From a virus (lineage: Duplodnaviria; Caudoviricetes), in IMG/VR virus record IMGVR_UViG_3300032243_001266, positions 1 through 58,702 of that record: a DNA stretch of 58,702 bases; one strand, 5' to 3'. Of this stretch, positions 1 through 7,503 are shown piece by piece; positions within the stretch are counted from its first letter, which is position 1; every line of letters starts with the position of its first letter. The notes under the pieces are model-generated. The model was not told the DNA's origin. It worked only from the letters and a program-made list of their open reading frames with translations, and did no database searches. A program made the translations under genes and the position numbers.

Positions 1-123
1 CGCGAAATGTAGGACGGCCGGCGCGCGCTGTATGTCTTACGAATATATGCGGGCCTGGTTATTACTTTGCGCATGGCAATAAATACGGCTAAGGTATATG
101 ATCAAGGGTATAGGGTATTAACA
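1..123 (+). repeat. left inverted terminal repeat (123 bp)
   Basis: 1-123 is the exact reverse complement of 58580-58702; first mismatch at 124/58579. Confidence 0.97.
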
Positions 124-140
124 AAACTTTATGAGGGCAT

Positions 141-191
141 TAACATTATTTTGGCTATTTGTCGCGTAATTTTATTACAGAAACAAAAACA
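141..191 (+). promoter_or_regulatory. repeated early promoter unit, copy 1
   Basis: TAACATT-N15-CGCGTAATTTTATTACAGAAACAAAAAC upstream of ORF 214; near-identical copy at 624-676; TAATTTTA resembles the Bacteroidota -7 box TAnnTTTG. Confidence 0.65.
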
Positions 192-213
192 CAAACCAAT
201 AAAATAAAAAGTC

Positions 214-426
214 ATGAGAAAAAGAACAGCAATAAAAAAACAGCCCGCGCCGGTAGTTACAGCAAGCGCAAACGGCTTGGAATTTCATGAAGCCCGCAAG
301 GTATCAACTAACGTAAGAATAAAACAGTTAGTAAATGAATTAGGTATCCCCGAAAACGTTTACAAATTACAGGCTGCTTTTCGCGAGTATGAGCGTCGCA
401 AAAAAAATGATTTTTTCAATCTTTAA
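214..426 (+). CDS. small basic early protein, function unknown
   Basis: 70-aa ORF, A-rich leader, directly behind repeated promoter unit. Confidence 0.7.
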   Translation: MRKRTAIKKQPAPVVTASANGLEFHEARKVSTNVRIKQLVNELGIPENVYKLQAAFREYERRKKNDFFNL

Positions 427-450
427 TTTTAACCCTTTAAATTTTAAGCC

Positions 451-615
451 ATGACAAACAAACAAAAAACGACGGCCGGCATTATTTGCTTATTAATTAC
501 AATTTTTTCGCCCGTATTTTTATTCGCGGACGCCGAAGGCTACGGGATCTTTTTATTCATTTGCTTTATCCTTTGCTTCGGTACTTTGGCCGATAACCTT
601 TTAACGAATGAATAA
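451..615 (+). CDS. small two-TM membrane protein (54 aa, not in ORF track)
   Basis: MTNKQKTTAGIICLLITIFSPVFLFADAEGYGIFLFICFILCFGTLADNLLTNE; two hydrophobic stretches, AAGCC-ATG start context. Confidence 0.65.
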   Translation: MTNKQKTTAGIICLLITIFSPVFLFADAEGYGIFLFICFILCFGTLADNLLTNE

Positions 616-623
616 CTAACCGA

Positions 624-676
624 TAACATTTTTTTATATTTTCAACGCGTAATTTTATCACAGAAACAAAAAACAA
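624..676 (+). promoter_or_regulatory. repeated early promoter unit, copy 2
   Basis: TAACATT-N15-CGCGTAATTTTATCACAGAAACAAAAAAC, same spacing as 141-191. Confidence 0.65.
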
Positions 677-698
677 TAACCTTCTAAAATTTCAAATC

Positions 699-872
699 AT
701 GCAAAACAATCTCAAAACCTTAGAAACTGCAAACGTTCAAAAACTTATTAACGAACAAAAACCACAAATTAACGCGCTTAAAAAAGCGCTCCAGGCAATA
801 AGTAAAACAATAAAAGCCCCGTTTGATACGTCCAAAGGTTATACGGTTCTACCTTCAAACCGTCCTTTGTAG
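699..872 (+). CDS. small early protein (57 aa, not in ORF track)
   Basis: MQNNLKTLETANVQKLINEQKPQINALKKALQAISKTIKAPFDTSKGYTVLPSNRPL, directly behind promoter copy 2. Confidence 0.6.
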   Translation: MQNNLKTLETANVQKLINEQKPQINALKKALQAISKTIKAPFDTSKGYTVLPSNRPL

Positions 873-926
873 TATTATTTTTTTATCCCTTTCGCGTAAT
901 TTATTCACCCTTAAAATTATTATTTT

Positions 927-2219
927 ATGTTAATCAAATTATCAGTATTAAAAAACAGTATAAAAGCCGGCTACTTGCCCGCTGATTTTATTGATCAATT
1001 AAGAAACGGCGAAGATATTACCCTAACGGCTACCGGGTATGCTGCTTTGTTATGCGATACAACCGAAATAACAAGCGGAGATGTTTACCATAGTGAACAA
1101 GATGAATGTTATTTTAATTATGATGAAATTAACGGCGAATATATTGACGCAGATAACGCCGTCTGCGCGTTCGGGCGCCGGGGTGATGAAGTTTGGACGC
1201 ATGAGCGCGAATGTGTTGAATATCGCGGCCAATATTACGTTACTGATTACCTAAATGATAACGATATAGTAATACTACATGATCAAGAACTTTGCCACAT
1301 AAACCGCGCGCAGTACGTTCAAAGTGAAGGCGAATATTACAGGGATGACGACGTTTATTTTTGGGAGTGCGACGGCGAATATCATTTAGAACCAGAAGAA
1401 GAAGAAGAAGAAGTACAGCCTCAAAAAAATACTCTTTGGGGCTACGATCAAGGCCCGCGCGAATTAAATTACACACATGAGGACGCGGGCGCCGGTACGG
1501 TTTTCGGCTTCGGCATTGAGATAGAAAAAAACGCGCTCCCTTCATTTGACTTTGAAAAAGAACAAATATACAGCAACACCGGCGCCGTACTTGAAAGGGA
1601 CGGGAGCGTTTCAAACGGCTTTGAACTTAAGACGCCGGTATATAATTTACTTAGCCCTAAAACTGAGGAAAGATTGAAGCCCTTAGCGGAATTTTGCAAT
1701 ATCAAAGAAATACAGGGCGCGGGCGGACATATTGGCTTCAGTATGGAAGGCAAAAATGATGAAGAACTTTTGAATCTTTGCCGCGGCTTTTTGCCCCTAA
1801 TTTATGCCATGTACAAAAACAGGCTAAAAAATCATTATTGCGAAGCGAAGCCAATTAATAAACTGATAAAAGAAAAACAAAAATTTCAATCGGTACGTTT
1901 GCGCGGGCATTACATTGAATTTCGTATTTTCTCCGCTGTAAAAAGTTACGAAACGGTAATTTTTCGCCTTAATTTATTTCGCTGCATTGCTAAAAATATC
2001 GGCGCCTCATTTTCGCGCGTGCTAATTATGGCAATTAATCCAGCCCACGAACTTAATAAACTGTTAACGGGCTTGAATGTGTATAATAACGCGGCGAATT
2101 TTGAGCGCTTAATAACGGACGCCATAGAATTTCACAAAACAATCGGGCGCGGGCGCCTATCTCAAAAAAAGATAGATAAAATAATTGAAACGGTCCGCAA
2201 AAATATGGCAACGACTTAA
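927..2219 (+). CDS. putative amidoligase (glutamine synthetase-like COOH-NH2 ligase) with acidic N-terminal region
   Basis: Motifs FGFGIEIE, DGSV...FELKTP, GAGGHIGFS, YIEFRIF; adjacent GATase-II gene. Confidence 0.8.
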   Translation: MLIKLSVLKNSIKAGYLPADFIDQLRNGEDITLTATGYAALLCDTTEITSGDVYHSEQDECYFNYDEINGEYIDADNAVCAFGRRGDEVWTHERECVEYRGQYYVTDYLNDNDIVILHDQELCHINRAQYVQSEGEYYRDDDVYFWECDGEYHLEPEEEEEEVQPQKNTLWGYDQGPRELNYTHEDAGAGTVFGFGIEIEKNALPSFDFEKEQIYSNTGAVLERDGSVSNGFELKTPVYNLLSPKTEERLKPLAEFCNIKEIQGAGGHIGFSMEGKNDEELLNLCRGFLPLIYAMYKNRLKNHYCEAKPINKLIKEKQKFQSVRLRGHYIEFRIFSAVKSYETVIFRLNLFRCIAKNIGASFSRVLIMAINPAHELNKLLTGLNVYNNAANFERLITDAIEFHKTIGRGRLSQKKIDKIIETVRKNMATT

Positions 2220-2295
2220 AGGGTGAAAGGGTAAAAAAACGGGGGGCGCGGCCCGTAATTAACGCGCTATTTTTTAACCTACAAAAAATTATTTT

Positions 2296-3081
2296 ATGTG
2301 TATAGCTATTTTAAACCGTAAAGGGACATTGACTAAAAAAACGTTTCGTAATTGTTGGGACGCGAATCCAGACGGCGCGGGCCTATGTTATTTTGACGGC
2401 GAAAGGGTGCAAATATTCAAGGAGCTAAAAAGTTACAAGTTGTTTTTTAATGAATATCAGATCGTCCGAAAGAAATTTCCTAACATTGATATCGCGATAC
2501 ATTTTCGTATTGCCACACATGGCCGCGTAAATTTGACAAATTGCCATCCCTTCCGTATTAATAAGCGGGCCGCATTCATTCATAACGGCATGATCAATAA
2601 TTTAGAACGCTCCGCTGATTTCTCCGATACCTACTTATTTAATGAAACTATCTTGAAAAAATTACCCGCAAATTTTACAGGCAATAACGCGCTATTGGAA
2701 CTTATTGGCGGCTATATTGGCGCGTCTAAATTAGTGATAATTAACGGCCCCGTTTCAGTTATTGTTAACGAAGATTTTGGGCATTGGGATAGTGGTAATT
2801 GGTACAGTAATAAAAGCTACCAAGATCGGCCCGTATATACGGCGGCGCCCAAAGTTACCACACATAAAAAAGCGGACGGCTATACATGGACGCCCGCAAA
2901 AAATTACTCCCTTTGGGGCGGCAGTGAATATTACGAAGATGATTTCATACCTGTTAACGATACCCGCGCGCGCGCAACTTGCGAATGTTGCCGCGAAGAG
3001 ACGGACGCGGCTTCGTATAATTATGAATATAATCTTTTTATGTGTAGCAAATGTCTTAAGGAGTGTGAAGGCTGGCAATAA
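2296..3081 (+). CDS. class II glutamine amidotransferase (Ntn hydrolase) with C-terminal Zn-ribbon
   Basis: N-terminal MC, NPDGAG, HFRIATHG, NCHPF, HNG, SDT; CECC...CSKC tail. Confidence 0.9.
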   Translation: MCIAILNRKGTLTKKTFRNCWDANPDGAGLCYFDGERVQIFKELKSYKLFFNEYQIVRKKFPNIDIAIHFRIATHGRVNLTNCHPFRINKRAAFIHNGMINNLERSADFSDTYLFNETILKKLPANFTGNNALLELIGGYIGASKLVIINGPVSVIVNEDFGHWDSGNWYSNKSYQDRPVYTAAPKVTTHKKADGYTWTPAKNYSLWGGSEYYEDDFIPVNDTRARATCECCREETDAASYNYEYNLFMCSKCLKECEGWQ

Positions 3082-3105
3082 TTAGCGCGTAAATTTCGCG
3101 AAAAT

Positions 3106-3137
3106 AGGGCGGCAATATGCCGGCCCTGTTTTTTTTT
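3106..3137 (+). terminator. intrinsic terminator after GATase gene
   Basis: AGGGCGGCA-ATA-TGCCGGCCCT hairpin (one bulge) followed by G and T9. Confidence 0.75.
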
Positions 3138-3500
3138 GCCCCTATGTCTGAAAATATACGGCGCGCCATATAGCGCCACAGCGGGCGCGAATATAGGCGC
3201 GAAAGTTATGAGCGGGCGCGAATATAGGCCCAAAAATAAACGGCTATAAACGGCCCTAAATTAAGCGGAGCGGAGCGGGCAAATATATCGGAGCGGGCGC
3301 TCCATGAAATAAACGGACGCCGGCAAAGATATCGGGCGCCTAATTTGCAGGACGCAAACAGCGGCCAAAAAAACGGACGCGAACGGACGCGGGCCGACTA
3401 TAAACGGGCGCAAATGAGCTGGCGCGGGCAAAGGTACGGACGGGGCGCCGGCCCTAAATTAACGGCGCAAACGTCGGGCGCCAGGCGCAAATTTCAAAAA
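3138..3500. repeat. GC-rich non-coding block with short direct repeats
   Basis: AGCGGGCGCGAATATAGGC at 3180-3198 and 3211-3229; CGGCCCTAAATTAA at 3251 and 3449; AACGGACGC at 3312, 3372, 3382. Confidence 0.85.
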
Positions 3501-3517
3501 CCTAAAACCAAAAGAAC

Positions 3518-3634
3518 ATGAAAACAAAAAAAGTAAATTTCATAATTGGGAGCGAAGGAATATGGCAAACAATCGGCGCGCGAATGTGGCTAACAAGCCT
3601 GGAACGGCAGGGCATACGGTTTTCGTGTAATTAG
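3518..3634 (+). CDS. small hypothetical protein (38 aa, not in ORF track)
   Basis: MKTKKVNFIIGSEGIWQTIGARMWLTSLERQGIRFSCN with A-rich leader. Confidence 0.45.
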   Translation: MKTKKVNFIIGSEGIWQTIGARMWLTSLERQGIRFSCN

Positions 3635-3681
3635 TTAAGATTAACAGGCAAAATAAAATTGTAAAACTAAAAAATGAAGAA

Positions 3682-3903
3682 ATGAGAACCCAAACTAATT
3701 TAATAAACTATTTCAACCGGTTCAATGTATTGGCGGAAATTACTTTGCTTCATGGGGGCGAATTGGGTATAAAGCTAAAAAATAAGGATCAGTATTTGTT
3801 AGCCCGTAGTATAGCGGAAAACCTGGGCTTCGCTGTCTTATTGCCTTACCAATATAACTATAACCGGAATACAATATTGGGGGCTGATTTCGCCGTCTAT
3901 TAA
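3682..3903 (+). CDS. hypothetical early protein
   Basis: 73-aa ORF in + strand early array. Confidence 0.6.
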   Translation: MRTQTNLINYFNRFNVLAEITLLHGGELGIKLKNKDQYLLARSIAENLGFAVLLPYQYNYNRNTILGADFAVY

Positions 3904-3975
3904 CATATAATTGGGTTATTGTTAACTTGAATTTATGAATTGAATGCGTATCTTTATGACTCAAAAATACTGAAC

Positions 3976-4254
3976 ATGAAAAACAAAATTAAGACATACA
4001 CAAAAACGCTTATTGATGATGATGGAATTGAACTACTTGTAACTTTCGATTATTATTGGGAAAATCAGAAGGAAGAAGGACATGGGGAACATGATTTATC
4101 GGGCTGGAACATTCAGCTAAACTATGTAGAATTGGTATTGGCTGGCGCTTCGGTTAAGTTCAATGGAGAGGCTAACATACTTAAATATCTTGCCCTGGGG
4201 CAATACTTAGCCATATTGGGTAAGATAGACATAAACGAAATAGAAGGTAAATAA
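3976..4254 (+). CDS. hypothetical early protein
   Basis: ORF track 3940-4254; ATG at 3976 (MKNKIK) has better start context. Confidence 0.65.
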   Translation: MKNKIKTYTKTLIDDDGIELLVTFDYYWENQKEEGHGEHDLSGWNIQLNYVELVLAGASVKFNGEANILKYLALGQYLAILGKIDINEIEGK

Positions 4255-4280
4255 TTTAATAACAATTAAAAACAAAAGCC

Positions 4281-4520
4281 ATGACAATTAAACAAATCAA
4301 TGAAATTGCAAAGTATGAAGGATGGGGGCTATTCGCTTGTCACGGAATTTCGGAGATTCGTGACGGCACTATTCTTATTCAAAAAGTAGATGATGAGGAG
4401 ATGGACTTTTTTTATGATGATGACAAGGCTTTTGATCATGTAAAGAAGTTAGCGGATATGGGCAGCCATCTTCATCAGTATTCGCTTGCAATAGTAGAAC
4501 ATTCAATATTAAAATTATAA
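4281..4520 (+). CDS. hypothetical early protein
   Basis: 79-aa ORF with AAAACAAAAGCC-ATG leader. Confidence 0.7.
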   Translation: MTIKQINEIAKYEGWGLFACHGISEIRDGTILIQKVDDEEMDFFYDDDKAFDHVKKLADMGSHLHQYSLAIVEHSILKL

Positions 4521-4524
4521 AACT

Positions 4525-4668
4525 ATGGAATCAATAAGAAAAGAAAAAATAGACAAATTAATGGAGTCAATTAGAAATTCATCAGCTACTCCAAATGAGA
4601 AAATTGATATTCTGGACGCGCTTTCGGAATTAATTATTTGGCTTTATATTGATTTTGATAAACATTAA
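4525..4668 (+). CDS. small hypothetical protein (47 aa, not in ORF track)
   Basis: MESIRKEKIDKLMESIRNSSATPNEKIDILDALSELIIWLYIDFDKH fills the gap between neighbours. Confidence 0.55.
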   Translation: MESIRKEKIDKLMESIRNSSATPNEKIDILDALSELIIWLYIDFDKH

Positions 4669-4679
4669 AAACTAAAAAC

Positions 4680-5192
4680 ATGAAAAAGTTAATTGTGGTT
4701 TTATTATTTCCTTTGTCATCATTTGCTCAAAGTGATTTTATAATTGAATTGTGTAATGAATCTGGTCCGGATTTACATTCTGGAGTAAGTAATAAACCTT
4801 TGTTGTGTGTAAAAGATAAAAATACCCTGTTTGGTCTTATGTTCTCTTTTCAAGAGCAACAAGATTCAGTTTGGTATAGAGGTATGATGGTAATGTCAAA
4901 AGGGATAGGCCAAAATATTGATAGTGCTAAATTGGAATTTACTTTTGAAGATGGGGAAATATTGAAACTTGAGGCATGGATGAACGTAGGATATTCAACT
5001 TGTTCTCACTTTGATTATTCCGGAGAGTATTTTGGCAAGTTACTTGAAAAGAAATTGATTAACATGAAATATACCAATTTAGGAACGGGAGAATATATTT
5101 CATATGATTTGAAAGAAAATCAGTTTAATTTTTTTGTAGAGGTCAAGGAGGCAATAGACAAAAAGAAAATATCTTGGAGAAACTGTCTTTAA
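4680..5192 (+). CDS. exported (Sec/SPI) protein, function unknown
   Basis: MKKLIVVLLFPLSSFA|Q signal peptide with Gln at +1. Confidence 0.75.
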   Translation: MKKLIVVLLFPLSSFAQSDFIIELCNESGPDLHSGVSNKPLLCVKDKNTLFGLMFSFQEQQDSVWYRGMMVMSKGIGQNIDSAKLEFTFEDGEILKLEAWMNVGYSTCSHFDYSGEYFGKLLEKKLINMKYTNLGTGEYISYDLKENQFNFFVEVKEAIDKKKISWRNCL

Positions 5193-5215
5193 TTAATAAT
5201 CTAAAAAACAAAAAC

Positions 5216-5452
5216 ATGAAAAAAGCAATTTTAGCATTGGCAGCAGCCTCAATAGCATTGGCCATGATGGCATCATGCAAAAAACAAACTTGTAATTGCG
5301 GAACAATTATGAGTGATAGAGTATCGGATTATTCAGTAGTAATTAGGAATGATTGTAGTAGTAATGAGAAACGCTTTTATCTTGAACCTGGAGATTGGAT
5401 GAGCGCCTATGTTGGTACTGAATATTGTATAACAAACGTAACAAGTTGGTAA
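5216..5452 (+). CDS. small Cys-rich lipoprotein
   Basis: MKKAILALAAASIALAMMAS|C lipobox; start refined from 5174 to ATG 5216. Confidence 0.75.
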   Translation: MKKAILALAAASIALAMMASCKKQTCNCGTIMSDRVSDYSVVIRNDCSSNEKRFYLEPGDWMSAYVGTEYCITNVTSW

Positions 5453-5470
5453 ACTTTAAAATTGAAAGTT

Positions 5471-5650
5471 ATGAATATAGTAGAGTTTGATATGGAAAAA
5501 TTGAGAGCTTTAAGAAAGGCATACAAAAAAGCATTTGAAGATGGCGAAAAAGTATTCAAATTTGAAGAACACGAATTGCTTACTGATTACGCTAAGTACT
5601 TAATTCAGCATCTTGATTATGAAATAAATGTTTTGAAAATGCGTAAATAA
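5471..5650 (+). CDS. hypothetical protein
   Basis: ORF track 5462-5650; first ATG at 5471. Confidence 0.6.
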   Translation: MNIVEFDMEKLRALRKAYKKAFEDGEKVFKFEEHELLTDYAKYLIQHLDYEINVLKMRK

Positions 5651-5653
5651 ATC

Positions 5654-5661
5654 TATATTTG
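5654..5661 (+). promoter_or_regulatory. Bacteroidota -7 promoter box
   Basis: TATATTTG just upstream of ORF 5669. Confidence 0.5.
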
Positions 5662-5668
5662 TATTGTT

Positions 5669-5878
5669 ATGGCAAAGAATCAAACTAATACATACGAAGC
5701 AGCCAAAAATACATTTGAATCACTTGGCTTTAGAGAAGATGCCGTTCTGCCTTTATTTCAGCCTAATGTAAGGATTTTCAGAAAGCACTTGAGCGAAATG
5801 ATTAGACGCCAAAAAAGTGGCAAGAAATTCGCCTCCAGAATTGTTTCAGAGGGCTTGAAAGTGATAAGAATTGAGTAA
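5669..5878 (+). CDS. small basic protein, possibly DNA-binding
   Basis: 69 aa, basic C-terminal half KKFASRIVSEGLKVIRIE. Confidence 0.6.
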   Translation: MAKNQTNTYEAAKNTFESLGFREDAVLPLFQPNVRIFRKHLSEMIRRQKSGKKFASRIVSEGLKVIRIE

Positions 5879-6052
5879 TTAATCTGATTTTTTCCGATAA
5901 AGCATGAATTTTTCGGCAAGTTTCATGCACTTTTTCCTTTGAATAGTGTGGGTTTTGTCAAGTTTTATGTACGAAAAAATGTACATAATGCGGAATCTTA
6001 TATTTTGTAAACCAAAATCTTTTAATTATGTATAACGGAATAATGTTTATAG

Positions 6053-6085
6053 TTTGCTTTGTAATGGTAATAGTTCTTACTTTTG
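6053..6085 (+). promoter_or_regulatory. Bacteroidota housekeeping-type promoter
   Basis: TTTG(6053-6056)-N21-TACTTTTG(6078-6085). Confidence 0.6.
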
Positions 6086-6089
6086 TTGA

Positions 6090-6161
6090 GCAAAAATATT
6101 TAAAATAGGTTTTTTGTACGGCTTTGTTTTTTGTTATGGGGCTATTCTTAGCCCCATTTTT
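6090..6161 (+). ncRNA. candidate ~70-nt U-rich small RNA
   Basis: No ORF between the promoter at 6053-6085 and the hairpin terminator at 6136-6161. Confidence 0.4.
6136..6161 (+). terminator. intrinsic terminator
   Basis: ATGGGGCTA-TTCT-TAGCCCCAT followed by TTTT. Confidence 0.7.
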
Positions 6162-6164
6162 AAT

Positions 6165-6197
6165 AAAAAAAATCCCCAGTATAGAAATACCGGGGGA
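6165..6197 (-). terminator. intrinsic terminator ending the late (- strand) region
   Basis: On - strand CCCCGGTAT-TTCT-ATACTGGGG followed by A and T8. Confidence 0.8.
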
Positions 6198-6232
6198 GTC
6201 GTAACCATTAAACTAAAACATGAAAATGTTTA

Positions 6233-6511
6233 TTAAGAATCATCTTCATCGGACTCAAATATCTCATCATATAATTCATTAAGGCATTCATCAATTATTT
6301 TTAATGACTTTCTTCTTATCCTCTTTATTCTTTTCTCATCTTCTTTGTTCATAAGAGCCACATCTATATCATCAACAGCAGACAATGAAAAATAAGCGCC
6401 TTGAATATAATCAAGTCTGGTAGTATATTCTATTTCAAATTCCTGCTCAACAGTTTCTACCTTTTCATCTTCAACCTTTGGATCTTCGTTTGGTATTAAA
6501 TTTTCATCCAT
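6233..6511 (-). CDS. acidic hypothetical protein
   Basis: 92-aa ORF packed against the phosphoesterase gene. Confidence 0.7.
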   Translation of the reverse strand: MDENLIPNEDPKVEDEKVETVEQEFEIEYTTRLDYIQGAYFSLSAVDDIDVALMNKEDEKRIKRIRRKSLKIIDECLNELYDEIFESDEDDS

Positions 6512-6513
6512 GA

Positions 6514-7503
6514 TTATAAAGTTTTTCCTTTATAAATTCTTTTGTTGTGAAAGTTATAATCGCTTCCGTTTTCATCCAATTCTACATAGGCATAGCCATG
6601 ATTCCATTTATTTAGTGGCATATAGGCCGGATTCAACTCGGACAAACAACCAATTGACCATGTAGTTGTAATCTTGCCATTCATATCAGATTCGGTATGT
6701 TCACTTGTCGCATGATTGTGGCCTTGAAATGCCGATACTTTACCTCTCAAATATAAACCTCTTGCAACGTTCACAGGAGCTGAAATTCCGCCGATATATT
6801 CGTGACCATGTATTCCATTCAAATCATTCAACTTCATGTACTGATTAGCCTCTATCATCGTTATATCATATTCCCTGGCCTTGATGATATTAGCAAATTC
6901 AAAATCTTCAATTCCGGCAATCTCATGGGCTTTTTGAAAAAGGAAATGCTGATACCTTAGTTCGTGATTCCCAAGTTTAAAGTAAATTTTACAATTCAGA
7001 ATGGTTTTTAACTTATCAAAAAATAATTTCAAGCTATCCAATTCGTATTTGAAATCTCTCTTTTTAGGATCTTTAATAAATCTACTTAATTGGTGGCAAT
7101 CAATGGTATCTCCATTAAGCAACAAAGCATCAACCTTTTCTTTTTTTAAACTGGTTAATGCTTCTGTTAATGCGTCAAGTGAATGATAAGGCAAATGAAC
7201 ATCTGATAATATGCCTACTTTTTTGTGACGAGGAAATACAAAAGGAGTATAAATTGTTTCTTCTGACTCTGGTAACTTATAAGGATTGTATGGCCTTGGT
7301 TCTTCTCTTATGTATTTTTGATTAGCTAATACATCTTTGCCCTTGGTTTCATTTTTACCTTCAATTCGTCTTAGTATGGATCTTGCATTTTCAACATCTT
7401 TGAATTGAAGCTTGTGTTCTTTAAAAATAATTCTTGCCAACTTCAATGATGGCATATCAGGAAACTTGTCTCGGTAGCTTCTTGCGATTTCAGATTTGTT
7501 CAT
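6514..7503 (-). CDS. calcineurin-like metallophosphoesterase
   Basis: SDVH, NGDTID, GNHE, HGHE, GHNH motifs; start refined to ATG 7503 (MNKSEI). Confidence 0.88.
   Translation of the reverse strand: MNKSEIARSYRDKFPDMPSLKLARIIFKEHKLQFKDVENARSILRRIEGKNETKGKDVLANQKYIREEPRPYNPYKLPESEETIYTPFVFPRHKKVGILSDVHLPYHSLDALTEALTSLKKEKVDALLLNGDTIDCHQLSRFIKDPKKRDFKYELDSLKLFFDKLKTILNCKIYFKLGNHELRYQHFLFQKAHEIAGIEDFEFANIIKAREYDITMIEANQYMKLNDLNGIHGHEYIGGISAPVNVARGLYLRGKVSAFQGHNHATSEHTESDMNGKITTTWSIGCLSELNPAYMPLNKWNHGYAYVELDENGSDYNFHNKRIYKGKTL

Noticed and set aside
3138-3500. CRISPR array
   Set aside because: Repeats are short, of several kinds and irregularly spaced, with no constant repeat-spacer period and no cas genes.
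5881-6232. tRNA gene in the intergenic hairpin region
   Set aside because: Only isolated hairpins; no cloverleaf or TTCRA T-loop pattern.
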